The translations under genes were made by a program, and so were the position numbers. A DNA stretch of 64,000 bases from an uncultured delta proteobacterium (GTDB lineage: Bacteria; Myxococcota_A; Polyangia; Polyangiales; Polyangiaceae). The stretch lies in NCBI GenBank assembly GCA_963696385.1, contig CAVOKF010000008.1, positions 704,001 to 768,000 of the forward strand, read 5' to 3'. Below the pieces are notes generated by a model that searched no databases, was not told the origin of the DNA, and saw only the letters and a program-made list of their open reading frames with translations. This document shows positions 48,863 to 59,267 of this stretch, one piece after another; positions within the stretch are counted from its first letter, which is position 1, and the number at the start of each line of letters is the position of its first letter.

Positions 48863-50491
48863 TCATTCCGGTCGCTCCTCGGCGTCGGTCGCGCGCTTCA
48901 CGCGGTAAATGTAGAAGTTCTCCTCCTCGATCATCGAGTCGTATTTCTCGGCGAGGCGCACCACCCGCGTTCCGTCGATGAGCGGAGGCAGCAGCGGCCG
49001 ATTCATCACGAGTACGACGTCCTGGCCGTGCGAAGCTCCGAACCGCTGCGCGAAGCCAATCGATTGTTCGTCGGTTGGTTCCCAGAGGCGGTCGGCGGTC
49101 CACTTCACGAACGAGAACGGACGGCCGGTTCGCGGACTGTACCCGATGGCACGGGGACCGAGCTGACCGAGCATCGCGGTCGCGGGAAAGTCGACCTCCG
49201 CGACAATGAGAGCATCGTCTAGGCCACGAGACCGCAATTCGTCGGCGGCGCGCTTGCCCGACGAGAAAACGTATCGGGCGTCGAAGGCGATCGCGATGGC
49301 GGCACCGGGAACCTGCAGGGCCAGCACGGCCAAAAGCGTCGGACCCAACGCACGGTCGCGCAGGGTCCGCCATCGTCCGGACTGCGCCGCTCGGGGCGCC
49401 TTGCCGGCTGCGATCCATGCCCCCATGAGGAATGCGACGAAGATGAAGCCATGGTGGCGAACGCTGCCCGAATAGACCTCCTTGAAGAGCAGCACGAGCA
49501 GCACCGTTGCGGTGCCGAAGAGAACGACAGCGAACCGATCGCGAGACAGAACGAAGCAGCCCCACGCGAAAAGCCCTATCGAAAGCGCGAAGCGAAGTCC
49601 CGCGATCGGAATCGCGTCGAGAAACGCATTCGAGTTCCAGAAGAAGAAGTTCGGCCTAGGGACGGCCATCAAGGCCGCGACGACGCGCGTCGGTGCGAAA
49701 TCCCATGGCATCTCGGGTGCGCGGCCCACGTGCGCCACCGTGGAATCGGACGGCGGCCACGCGCACAAGCCCGCGGCAACCGTGGCGCTGGCCGCAAGGG
49801 CCGCGATCGTAGCGGGCCGCGTCCAGCGCGATCGCGAATCGGAATCGGTGACCCCCCAGTCCACGACGAGCGCCACGCAATAGGCCACGACGACGAGCGT
49901 CGCGACGGTCGTCGTCAGCGCCATTGCCCCCAGCAAGCAACCGGTGAGAACGGGGCGCTCGAAGCGCCGCTCATGATTCGCGCAAAGGATCAGCGCAAAG
50001 AGGAGCGCGAGGCCGTAACAGCGGCTCAACGCAGCGTACTCGTAGGCCACGAAATAGCCGAACGCGAACAGTGCGCGCGGCGCCCGGCCGAACGGCGCGA
50101 AGCGCGCGATCACCAGCACGGCGGAGGTCGCAATCGCGACGTGCACCACGCGCATCAGTTCCGGGTGCCACGTGACTCGCGTCAGCAGCCAAAGCAGCCA
50201 GTACCAGAGCGGCGGCTGACCGTCGTACGCGCGCTCCCGGACCACTTGCCACGGCGTCGCGCTGTCTCTCGCAACGAGCCAGCAATGAAGTTCGTCTCGC
50301 CACATCTCGTGGGTGGCCGTCGCGAACGTCACGACCGCGAGGTGCAGCGCCGCGACGATGGCCGCAAACGCCCACGCGCTCGGGCCGGACCGATCGCAGC
50401 AGGCGCCGCCTCCGATAGGGACGGCCCACGCGCGCCCGAAGAGGCGACGAGCACCGTCGAGACGTCCGAGCGAGTGACGTTCGCCGCTCAA
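48863..50491 (-). CDS. Polytopic membrane protein, possible GT-C-type glycosyltransferase
   Basis: HEMWRDE in the first loop, DGQPPLWY, many TM segments, soluble C-terminus. Confidence 0.65.
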   Translation of the reverse strand: MSGERHSLGRLDGARRLFGRAWAVPIGGGACCDRSGPSAWAFAAIVAALHLAVVTFATATHEMWRDELHCWLVARDSATPWQVVRERAYDGQPPLWYWLLWLLTRVTWHPELMRVVHVAIATSAVLVIARFAPFGRAPRALFAFGYFVAYEYAALSRCYGLALLFALILCANHERRFERPVLTGCLLGAMALTTTVATLVVVAYCVALVVDWGVTDSDSRSRWTRPATIAALAASATVAAGLCAWPPSDSTVAHVGRAPEMPWDFAPTRVVAALMAVPRPNFFFWNSNAFLDAIPIAGLRFALSIGLFAWGCFVLSRDRFAVVLFGTATVLLVLLFKEVYSGSVRHHGFIFVAFLMGAWIAAGKAPRAAQSGRWRTLRDRALGPTLLAVLALQVPGAAIAIAFDARYVFSSGKRAADELRSRGLDDALIVAEVDFPATAMLGQLGPRAIGYSPRTGRPFSFVKWTADRLWEPTDEQSIGFAQRFGASHGQDVVLVMNRPLLPPLIDGTRVVRLAEKYDSMIEEENFYIYRVKRATDAEERPE

Positions 50492-51222
50492 CGCCGTTGC
50501 AGGCCCCGCTCGATGGCCTGTCGGTAGGCACCGACGGCAGCCGGCAACCCGACGAACACGGCATCGCTCACGACGGCGTGGCCGATGTTCAGCTCGACGA
50601 TGTGCGGCAGACTGACGATGGCGGGGAGGTTGTCAACCGTCAGCCCGTGGCCGGCGGCGACCTCGAGTCCGAGCGCGTGTGCGTGTTTGGCGGCGGCCCC
50701 CAGTCGCGCGAGTTCGCCCTCTCGTCCGTGGGCGTACTCGCCCGTATGCAGCTCCACCTGGGCCGCGCGAAGCGCTCTGGACCGCTCGACCTGCGACGTG
50801 TCGGGCACGATGAACAGGCTGACTTTGATGCCGGCGCTTGCAAGGGCCTCGACCCTTCGCGACAGGGCGTCTCCGCCGCCGACAGCGTCGAGTCCCCCCT
50901 CCGTGGTTCGCTCCTGCCGCCGCTCGGGCACCAGCGTGCAGACATCGGGCCTCACGCGGAGGGCCACGGCGACCATCTCGTCGGTAGCGGCCATCTCCAG
51001 ATTGAACGTACTCCGCCCGAGCGTGAGGGCGAGCCGAAGCCGGTCGACGTCGTCGTCGCGGATGTGACGACGATCCTCGCGCAAGTGCGCCGTGATGCCG
51101 TCGGCCCCCGCCTGGACGCAGTCGGCCGCCGCGCGCACGGGGTCGGGGTACGACGTCCCGCGGACGTTGCGAAGCGTCGCAACGTGGTCGACGTTTACGT
51201 GCAATCGAACGTCCGTCCCCAT
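50488..51222 (-). CDS. pdxJ: Pyridoxine 5'-phosphate synthase
   Basis: VNVDHVATLR, HLREDRRHI, NLEMA, TTEGGLD, ELHTG, AGHGL, ELNIGH. Confidence 0.97.
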   Translation of the reverse strand: MGTDVRLHVNVDHVATLRNVRGTSYPDPVRAAADCVQAGADGITAHLREDRRHIRDDDVDRLRLALTLGRSTFNLEMAATDEMVAVALRVRPDVCTLVPERRQERTTEGGLDAVGGGDALSRRVEALASAGIKVSLFIVPDTSQVERSRALRAAQVELHTGEYAHGREGELARLGAAAKHAHALGLEVAAGHGLTVDNLPAIVSLPHIVELNIGHAVVSDAVFVGLPAAVGAYRQAIERGLQRR

Positions 51223-51267
51223 GACGATCCTTGGATGGTTACGCCCCCATGCGGGCATCGGGCGAGT

Positions 51268-54200
51268 TCATTCGTCGTCGGACGAAGCCGTTTCGCTGAG
51301 CTCTTCGTCGGTCTTGGGCGTCGGCAGCAGCTCGCCGTTCGGCCCATCGCGCCGCACCACGAACGTTCGACGCGTGGTCGTGTCCGGATTCTCTCGCGCG
51401 ACGATCGTCACGACGTTGACGCCCGGACGCAGAGGCAGATCGGCATCGAACGCCATCCTCTTCGGATCGGATCCTTTGCGGTTCGAGCGGTAAAACACCT
51501 TACGCGCCCCGACGAAGATGTACGCGTCGAGCAAGCGCGCGTCATCGCTCGTGGTCCCGCGAACCGCGGTGTGGGGGGCCGTCGTGGCCAGCTGCGGTTG
51601 CGGGATCTCGATGGCCGGCGGCGCATGCTCCATGGCGTCTTCGAACGCCGGCTGATTGGCGGCAACCCCGCCGTGCTCGAGCTCCGACACGGGGGCAAAC
51701 GCGAAGCGACCGCCGCCGAGCGACAGCTTCACGTACCCATCGGCGGTCCCGAGGACCGGCGCCGCGCTGCCGGCGGGCAGCCGCCCGAAGACGCGTCCCG
51801 CGGCGTCCGGCTCGTTGACGAGATTCGCGCCGCCAGTCCTCGCGCGGTCGACGCCGGACGCCGGTACCACTGCGGTGGCGTCGGCGATGGGAATGACCAC
51901 CTTCTCCGCCACTCCCTCGCGCAAGTCCTCGTCGTGGATCGTCAGCTCGACCTTGGCTTCGGGATCCGCAAGCTGCGGTTCGACGTCGAACGTGAAGGCC
52001 ACGCGCCGAGTGTCGCCGGGCATCATGTTGGACACGTCGAAACGTCCATCGTGCAGCAGAAGGCCTTCGCCGGACAGGTTGCGCAAGTTCGCCATGGTCT
52101 CGAGCGATTGGCCGTGCCCGACATTCTTGATCGTCAGATACATCGTGAGGCCCTCGCCCTTCTGGGCGCGGCCGTCGCCGTTGCCGCGACGGTTGTCGAT
52201 GATCTCGTACGAGTAGGCGAACACGGGACGGTCGAGTGACTTCACCGTAGCCCGGAGCTCGGCGTCGGCCGGCGCGTGCCCGCGCGCTTCTTCGAAGTGA
52301 AATTTCACGCCGTCCGATCGCATGAGCGCATCCTTGGGAATCGGACAAACGCGCGGCGCGTCCTTGGGCAGCTGCGCCGTCGAGCCGACTTTGTGGCCCT
52401 TGAAGTCGCACCAGCTGGCCGGGGCCGACACCGTCCGCGATTTGCCGGGCTCGAGTTTTCCGAGCGCCAGCTGCTTGTTGTCGAACAGCGGGTCTTCGCT
52501 CTTGGTGACCGCGAACAAGCGATACAGGGTCGCGGAGCCATGGTTGGTCACCGTGACCTTGAGATTCATCGTCTCGCCGGCCGTCACCTCGTTGTTGGGT
52601 CGGTCGGTCTCGACCTTGACGTCGACGCCCGCCGGAGGGGCAGGCGGCTGCGCCGCGGCGACGTCCGCGGGGGCGTCGCTCCAGTCGATGCCGAGCCCCT
52701 TCAACTCGTCGGCGACCTTCTCGACCTCGGCGCGCCGCGTTTCGGCGATGAACGGCCTGGCCTGGCGGACCTCATCGACGCGTTTGCCCGGCTGCACGTG
52801 CTGCAACAGCTCACCGGAAAACCGAATCGGGAAGTCGAGTTCGAAGGTTTCGTCGAGGTCGCCGCCGCGGTCGCGCTGCTCGAGGCGCGCGCGAATCGGC
52901 AAGTCGTATTTCACGACTTCGAGGGGCCGGCCGCCCTCTTTGGCTCGCACGTTGGACAAGGCTCGCGACAGGTCGCGCTCCTTGATCCCGCCCGGGTCCG
53001 CCGTGAGATCCATCTCGAGGGAATCGACCGTCATCGGATCGAGCTCGATGTCCGGTGTGACTCCTACCCCCTGGATCGACACATCGCCCGGCTCCGTCAG
53101 GTATTGAGCGATCGTCAGCTTGAGCGCTGCCTTGTCGGGCATGTCGGGGAATACGAGCTGTACGCTGCCCTTTCCGAACGTCGTCTCGCCCACGACCATC
53201 GCCCGATCGTGATTTTTCAGTGCGCCGGTCACGATCTCGCTCGCGCTCGCGCTCGATCCGTTGACGAGGATCGCCAGAGGATAGTTCGGCTCCGTCCCCT
53301 CTCCGTGCGCGACCTTCTCTTCACGGCCCTCACTCGGATTGCCGACGGTGGCGACGATGGGACCGTCGCTGATGAACGTGTCGACGACCTTGGCAGCCTG
53401 GTCGAGCAAACCACCCGGGTTTCCCCGCAGGTCGAGCACGAGGCCTTTGAGCTCGCCGCCCTTTTTCATGTCCGCGAGAGCGGTCTGCAGGTCGGTCGTC
53501 GTATTCGCCTGAAACTGCTTGATGCGGACGTAACCGATGCCGCCCTCGAGCAGCTTGTGATCGACCGAAGCGACGTGAATGACCTCGCGCGAGAGTTCGA
53601 ACGGGCGAACGCCCTGCCACCCCTCATTTCCGTCCCGATGAATCCAGACGGTCACTTTGGTTCCCGGCACGCCGCGCAGGTGGTTGACGGCCTCGTTGAG
53701 GCCCATGTTCAACGTGGACTCGTTGTTGATCTTCTGGATGCGGTCGTACCTCTTGATCCCGGCACGTCCGGCCGGGGTGCCGGGCATCGGGTTCATGACC
53801 GTCAGCTGCTGGTCGCGGATCGAAATGACGATGCCGAGTCCACCGAATTGCCCTTGGGTCGTCAGATTCATCTCCTTGTAGGCCTCGGGCGACAGGAGCA
53901 CCGAGTGCGGATCGAGCGTGTGCAGCATCCCGTTCGCCGCCGCGTACTCGACGTCGCGCAGATCGACCTCGCTGCCGCGCAAGCCGTCTTGCAGGAACGC
54001 GAAGACCTCGCGCAAGTGAGAGCTCACGTCCCAAGGGGCGACGACGTCGTCCACCCGGAACGTCTTCTCCTGGGTATCGACGCGCACACGCACTTGCGAC
54101 GGATCGTTTTCCTCGCGCGTCACGATGACCTGCGCGACGTCCTTTTGAACGTAATCGAGCGCCGAAAGCAGCATCTCCTTCGGCTTGACACGGCGCGGAT

Positions 54201-54429
54201 CGACGTAGCGATCGCGCACGGTCTTCAAGACTTCGTTTACGACCTTGAGCTGCGTCAAATCGTAGGGCGCAGGCGTGTGCTCCGATCCGACGGAGTTGGC
54301 CGCCGCGATCGCTGGGGTCAGCCCCTGCCAGAGCGACCCGTTGTTGAGCCGAAATGCGAGAAATGCCGCGATGAGGAAGGCCCCCAAGAGGGCGCCAGCC
54401 TTCGCAAACCGGTCGAGAATGCGCATCAC
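51268..54429 (-). CDS. S41 C-terminal processing peptidase with PDZ and long myxobacterial C-terminal extension
   Basis: LDPHS, FGGLGI PDZ, LDLRGNPGG, SASASEI (Ser), TFGKGSVQ (Lys). Confidence 0.92.
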   Translation of the reverse strand: MMRILDRFAKAGALLGAFLIAAFLAFRLNNGSLWQGLTPAIAAANSVGSEHTPAPYDLTQLKVVNEVLKTVRDRYVDPRRVKPKEMLLSALDYVQKDVAQVIVTREENDPSQVRVRVDTQEKTFRVDDVVAPWDVSSHLREVFAFLQDGLRGSEVDLRDVEYAAANGMLHTLDPHSVLLSPEAYKEMNLTTQGQFGGLGIVISIRDQQLTVMNPMPGTPAGRAGIKRYDRIQKINNESTLNMGLNEAVNHLRGVPGTKVTVWIHRDGNEGWQGVRPFELSREVIHVASVDHKLLEGGIGYVRIKQFQANTTTDLQTALADMKKGGELKGLVLDLRGNPGGLLDQAAKVVDTFISDGPIVATVGNPSEGREEKVAHGEGTEPNYPLAILVNGSSASASEIVTGALKNHDRAMVVGETTFGKGSVQLVFPDMPDKAALKLTIAQYLTEPGDVSIQGVGVTPDIELDPMTVDSLEMDLTADPGGIKERDLSRALSNVRAKEGGRPLEVVKYDLPIRARLEQRDRGGDLDETFELDFPIRFSGELLQHVQPGKRVDEVRQARPFIAETRRAEVEKVADELKGLGIDWSDAPADVAAAQPPAPPAGVDVKVETDRPNNEVTAGETMNLKVTVTNHGSATLYRLFAVTKSEDPLFDNKQLALGKLEPGKSRTVSAPASWCDFKGHKVGSTAQLPKDAPRVCPIPKDALMRSDGVKFHFEEARGHAPADAELRATVKSLDRPVFAYSYEIIDNRRGNGDGRAQKGEGLTMYLTIKNVGHGQSLETMANLRNLSGEGLLLHDGRFDVSNMMPGDTRRVAFTFDVEPQLADPEAKVELTIHDEDLREGVAEKVVIPIADATAVVPASGVDRARTGGANLVNEPDAAGRVFGRLPAGSAAPVLGTADGYVKLSLGGGRFAFAPVSELEHGGVAANQPAFEDAMEHAPPAIEIPQPQLATTAPHTAVRGTTSDDARLLDAYIFVGARKVFYRSNRKGSDPKRMAFDADLPLRPGVNVVTIVARENPDTTTRRTFVVRRDGPNGELLPTPKTDEELSETASSDDE

Positions 54430-54444
54430 CGCGGAGTATAGACG

Positions 54445-55188
54445 TCAGGCTCGCTTTCGGAGCACGGCGACGTAAAAACCGGCGAAAATGGCGGCGGCCG
54501 TGTCGGCGAGTCGGACCTCGACCGCGCGGACGACGGAACGCACCCCCGGTACACGCAGGACTCCCGCCGAGGGCGTCACGATCCGCACGCCCCGCGCACA
54601 CTCGAAACTCAGGCTGGGGGGCAACAGCCGAGGCACGACCCACGGAGCGTCGAACCTCGTGTACACCGCGCTTTCGCGAATCGACGTGGAGATGCGGCCC
54701 GATGGGCCGAACCGCTTGAGGACGCCCCGCAAGCTGAGCGGATTGTAGAACTCGGCGACCACCACGCCCCCCGGGCGCGTGACCCTGGCCATCTCCGCCA
54801 GGGCTTGCCCCACTTGAGGCACGTGCGCGAGGACTTTGAATGCGTACGTCACGTCGAATCGCTCCGTGTCGAACGGAAGCGCGACGACATCGCCTTCGTG
54901 CACGTCGAGCCCGCGCGCACGCGCCCTTTCGAGCATCCCTGGCGAAAGGTCGATTCCAGTGGCCGACCGGGCGACGCGCGCAATGCGCTCGAGCAAGAGC
55001 CCTGTGCCGACGCCGCACTCGAGCACGTCCCGCCCTGTGCCATAGCGCTCGATGAGATCGACTTCGAGATCGTCCACCAGGGCGTGGTAGCCGTCGGGAC
55101 GATTGGGGCGCCGCTCCGCCTCGTAGCCGAGCGCGAACTCGTCGTAGTAGTCGCGTATCGCGTTTGCGCGCGGAGGGTCGAAGGCCAT
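54445..55188 (-). CDS. Class I SAM-dependent methyltransferase
   Basis: VLECGVGTG, GIDLSPGML, LPF, EMARVTRPGG. Confidence 0.9.
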   Translation of the reverse strand: MAFDPPRANAIRDYYDEFALGYEAERRPNRPDGYHALVDDLEVDLIERYGTGRDVLECGVGTGLLLERIARVARSATGIDLSPGMLERARARGLDVHEGDVVALPFDTERFDVTYAFKVLAHVPQVGQALAEMARVTRPGGVVVAEFYNPLSLRGVLKRFGPSGRISTSIRESAVYTRFDAPWVVPRLLPPSLSFECARGVRIVTPSAGVLRVPGVRSVVRAVEVRLADTAAAIFAGFYVAVLRKRA

Positions 55189-55261
55189 GCCGGGTCGTCG
55201 GCCATAGCATGCGATCGGGGGGAGCCTCGCCTCGATCCTTGTCGCGACCGTTTCAAGCTCG

Positions 55262-56571
55262 TCAGCGGCACGCGATCCGTGCCAGCCAGCTTCCGCCCGA
55301 ATCGAGCCAGCCGATCCACAGTGCCCCGCGCGAATCGAGCGCGAGAGCCACATCGCTCGGCGATCCGTCGGTGGGCACGAGGGCGCGGGGTAGAAAGATG
55401 CGGTCTTGCCGCAGCTCGCCGAGCTCGAGCTCGCGCGGCGCGCTCGGCTGCGCGGATTGCGGGCGAACGCGGGCCACCCACGTTCGCCCACGACCGACCG
55501 CCACCGCGACGGGAGCGGGGTCGAGTCCGTTGGGGTAAAGCGACCACACCACGGGTTCGTCCACTCGCGGCGGATCGTCGAGGGTCACGACGGCCAGACC
55601 AAAGTTTCCGACGTCTTGCGAGATCGGCAAGAGGGCCGACGCGGGGCCCGAGGGCGGCAGGGCCAGCACGCCGGACGTCCTTCGATCCCCGGGTCCCCCG
55701 ACGAACACCACGACGTCCTCGCCGATCTGGAGATCACGGTCGTACGTCAAAAGGCGCGTATGCATCGCCGTGAGCGCGGACCGCGCGTCCACGACGAGGG
55801 CCATCAACGACGCACCTCGGGGTGCGAGCGAGATCGACGTTGCGCCGCTACCGGGCTCGGACAAGCGTACGGGCGACTGATCGTCGACCGCCGCCCAGGC
55901 TTCGCTCACCCAGCCTTCGCTCGACTGACGGCTCGCGAGGTGCACGAGCACGTTGTGCCCCTCACCGATCGGTCCGGCGGCGATGCGCGTTCCGGTCCGG
56001 CTGTTGGCGACGACGCGTTCCTCCCCGCCGCCGAGCGGAGCGCGGTGGACGTCACCGGCGCGATCCGGACAGAACGTCCAGTCGCCGGCGACTGCGCACG
56101 GGATGGCCAAACCGCGTTTGACCGGATCGGTAGCGAGCTCCCGGGCGGCCGCTCCACGGCCCTGAAAGGCCCCGGTCGGAAACGCGACGACGGTCGCGCG
56201 ACCGTCGTCGTCCAAGAATCGCTGCCAGCGTGTCGCCGCGCAGAGCCAGCGCAACAGCCCCACGCACGGGCAATTCAATCGGCCCGCGAAGAACGCGACA
56301 TTCCGAGGCTCCACCGTCGGACGCACGCAGAATCGCGGGTCGAGGTCGGAGTCGAGGTCGGGGTCGAGGTCGGAGTCGAGGTCGAGGTCGGAGTCGGGGT
56401 CGAGGTCGGAGTCGAGGTCGAGGTCGAGGTCGAGGTCGAGGTCGAGGTCGAGGTCGGGGTCGGGGTCGCACGTGCGCATGCCGCGAGGACGAAGATCCCC
56501 AGCCACGCGGTTGACCTGCGCGCGCTTGCGGCGCACGGTGCGGTCTCGTCGGTCGTTGCGCGGGCCATCAT
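55262..56571 (-). pseudogene. Lipoprotein with Thr/Pro/Ser linker, interrupted by two +1 indels
   Basis: Frame A: LGIFVLAAC + (TP/TS)n. Frame B: SDGGASECRVLRGPIEL..LAAI. Frame C: LDDDGRATVVAFP...IACR. Shifts at about 56325 and 56217. Confidence 0.65.
56337..56468. repeat. Hexamer tandem repeat, about 22 units (CGACCT/CGACCC/CGACTC on minus strand)
   Basis: GAGGTC/GGGGTC/GGAGTC run on plus strand, encoding the TS/TP linker. Confidence 0.95.
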
Positions 56572-56680
56572 GGCCCGGACCCTTTTACTATGCTTGCGTG
56601 GCGTACCGGACCGGCGGCGCTACCGGGGCGCCTCCCGCACGTCCGGCCTCGCCCACGGACCGCGTCGAGCGAGGCCGGGT

Positions 56681-57361
56681 TCACGACGGCGTGAGGCGGG
56701 GCGCCCCATCGCGCAGCCATTGCAGCACGACCGAAGCCGCGCGCGCCGCAGCGCGATGGTGATTGGCCTGCCACTGCTCGCGGGCGCGGGCGCCGACGAC
56801 ATTCGCCACGCCGAGGACGGCCGCGAAGGCGACGCCGGCCGCGGCACACGCGATCGCGACGGCGAAGGCTTCGAGATGCTCGACCTCGGTCGCACTCTCT
56901 CGTGCGATGAATCCTGCCGCGTCATCGTTCACGGTGATGGCCAGCGTCGTCGCGACGTCCGCCGCGCGCGCCCCCGCGTCGGTCAGAGCCATCCGAAGCG
57001 GGTCCGACGAATCGATCGCCGTCGTCATCTTGGCCGGAAATTGGGCCCTCCCCGACAGAGTCGAGGGGTCGACGAGCCGGACGCAGCGCGAAACGATGAC
57101 GTCGCCGAGCGCGACCGGGCCGCCGGCATAGGCCCCGCAGGTGCCGACCAACACGACGGCGCGCGGACCGGCCTCCGCAATCGACCGGGCGGCGCCCGCC
57201 GCGGCGGCCGCCATCCCAATCCCGACGACGCGCGCGGCGACGAGCGTACCGTCGATCCGGACCGGGGTTCCGTCGCCGATCGTGGCGCGAAGATCCGTGA
57301 GCTCCGGCTCGAACGCCGCGACCAGCAGGACATCCGCGGGCACCCAGGTCCGATCGGGCAT
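56681..57361 (-). CDS. PNP/UDP-family nucleosidase (MTAN/MqnB-like)
   Basis: LVAAFEPE, VGIG..AAA, VGTCGAY, EHLEAFAV, GVANVVG. Confidence 0.8.
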   Translation of the reverse strand: MPDRTWVPADVLLVAAFEPELTDLRATIGDGTPVRIDGTLVAARVVGIGMAAAAAGAARSIAEAGPRAVVLVGTCGAYAGGPVALGDVIVSRCVRLVDPSTLSGRAQFPAKMTTAIDSSDPLRMALTDAGARAADVATTLAITVNDDAAGFIARESATEVEHLEAFAVAIACAAAGVAFAAVLGVANVVGARAREQWQANHHRAAARAASVVLQWLRDGAPRLTPS

Positions 57362-57512
57362 GGCGGCAATGTAGACCGGCGCTTGACCGGTGGGGCAAAT
57401 CCGAGCCGCATCCGCGTGGCCTCGGCCACCCTGCGACCGTCCGGCGATTCGTCCGCGGTGGGCGCGCTTCCTTGCCTGGACCGGTGGGTACAACTACCGT
57501 ATTCACGTCGTG

Positions 57513-58376
57513 ATGCGTTTTCGTGCGTGGCCCTTGTTCCTGTTGGCGCCGACGTCGGTCGCGTGCGCCGCAACGGTGTCCCCGTCGGACTCGGTGGGGG
57601 ATGCGGAGCCAACGATCACGAGCGCAGTCGTAGTCGTCGAACGCACTTCCGATCCGGACGCGGCCCCCCGAAGCCAGGCGAGCGCGCGGTTCATCCGGGT
57701 GGCCTCGTCCTCCTCGACGGAGGAGGCCCTGCGGGCCATCGGTGCGGCCGTCGAGCTGCCCACCGGCAACACGTGCGCCCCCGTCGCGTCGCTCGCGTCC
57801 GGCGTGGGCCTGGAACAGCCGGCACCGGTCGTGGAGCTGCTCGACGTCGGGTCGGTGTCGCTCGAAACCTCGGGCGGCGCGGAGGCGCGCTTGGCGCCGC
57901 GACAGCTGCCGGACGTGACCGATGTCGTGAGCGGAGTCGTTTACGCTCGGGCCGCAGATTCCGCGACGTTGCCCGCCGATGCGCGCTACGTGCTCCACGT
58001 CGGAGGACGACCCGATCTCGCTGGGTTCGACTTGACGACGGTCGCTCCCGACAATCCGGCCGATGTTCGACTCGTTGGAGAAGAGCCTTCGGGCACCCTC
58101 GCACTCGCGTCCCCGTCGGTCGACGTTACCTGGAGACCCAACGGCACCACCGACCTCATTTACGTCGATCTGCAGCCCGGCGGCGTCCGGTGCGTCTTGG
58201 GCAACGGCACAGCCGAAGCCCCGATCGCTCATGGTGCATTTCCCGCGTCGCTCTTGAGCAGCTCCGGTTCCATCCTCGTGCACCGGCTGCACCGCGAGCC
58301 CTTGCACGCGCCTGGCCTCGACAGCGGCGAGATCCGTTTCGACTTCGCACGGTCGGTCGCCTACGTCCGACGCTGA
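57513..58376 (+). CDS. Hypothetical lipoprotein
   Basis: Signal ending SVAC; beta-rich body. Confidence 0.7.
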   Translation: MRFRAWPLFLLAPTSVACAATVSPSDSVGDAEPTITSAVVVVERTSDPDAAPRSQASARFIRVASSSSTEEALRAIGAAVELPTGNTCAPVASLASGVGLEQPAPVVELLDVGSVSLETSGGAEARLAPRQLPDVTDVVSGVVYARAADSATLPADARYVLHVGGRPDLAGFDLTTVAPDNPADVRLVGEEPSGTLALASPSVDVTWRPNGTTDLIYVDLQPGGVRCVLGNGTAEAPIAHGAFPASLLSSSGSILVHRLHREPLHAPGLDSGEIRFDFARSVAYVRR

Positions 58377-58390
58377 TTTCGCCGCCGATC

Positions 58391-59227
58391 ATGTGCCGAT
58401 CGCGATTCGTCTGCCGCCTCATCGCTTGCCTTTTGGCCCCGCCCTTCGCGACCGCGGCGTTTGCGCAGTCGCCGCCGCATGCTCGCCGGTCGAAGGCGAG
58501 CGCCGCGGAGGCGCAAACGGCGGCGTCAGCGTCTGCCATCGGTTACCTGTCGGGCAAGCAGCCGCTCGTGGGTCTGCACGCGGCGTCGAACGACCCCGTG
58601 CCGCGCGACACGTCGGGCCGCCCGATGCTGGCGCTGAGGACGATCCAGCGCGGCGAATTCCTGGCGATTCGCGCAGCGACGGACGACGGCGGCTTCGCTT
58701 CGATCGACCTCGACCGCACGACGCACCTGCTGCGGGCGGCCGGCGGCGAGGAGCACCCGATGGATCCGCGAACCGTGGCGCTCCTTTACCGTCTCCAAAC
58801 CCATTTCGGGGTCCCGGAGCTTCGGGTCGTCTCGGGGTATCGAGTTCCGAAGCCTCGATCGCATTCCAACCACGGCAAGGGCCGCGCGGTCGACCTCATC
58901 GTCCCCGGAATCCCGGACGCGGACGTGGCCGCATTCGCCCGCGAACTCGGCTTCGTCGGAGTTGGGGTCTACCCGGTGAGTCAATTCGTGCACGTCGACG
59001 TGCGACCCCGCAGCTACTTCTGGGTCGACTTCAGCGGACCGCGCATGAAAAACCGGGAACGGGGCATCCTGGGGGACCTGGCGGTCAAGAGCGACGCTCT
59101 GGCGCTGGCGAGCGGGCATCCCGCGGTCGAGCCGTTCGGCGTCGGAGGCGACGTCGACGCCGCCCTTCGCAGCTACGACCGAGAACCCGCGGCGGCGCCG
59201 GAGGACGACGACGACGAGGAGAACTGA
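58391..59227 (+). CDS. DUF882/YcbK (peptidase M15A) family protein
   Basis: MDPRT, VVSGYR, SNHGKGRAVD, GVGVYP, FVHVD; signal peptide. Confidence 0.88.
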   Translation: MCRSRFVCRLIACLLAPPFATAAFAQSPPHARRSKASAAEAQTAASASAIGYLSGKQPLVGLHAASNDPVPRDTSGRPMLALRTIQRGEFLAIRAATDDGGFASIDLDRTTHLLRAAGGEEHPMDPRTVALLYRLQTHFGVPELRVVSGYRVPKPRSHSNHGKGRAVDLIVPGIPDADVAAFARELGFVGVGVYPVSQFVHVDVRPRSYFWVDFSGPRMKNRERGILGDLAVKSDALALASGHPAVEPFGVGGDVDAALRSYDREPAAAPEDDDDEEN

Positions 59228-59267
59228 CGGGGGACCTCTCGCCCCCGGAGGCCGGCCCTCACCCACC

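Noticed and set aside
55406..59227. 1273-aa ORF
   Set aside because: Only the last 278 aa (DUF882-like) are protein-like. The rest is an Arg-rich off-frame read across other genes, typical of high-GC DNA.
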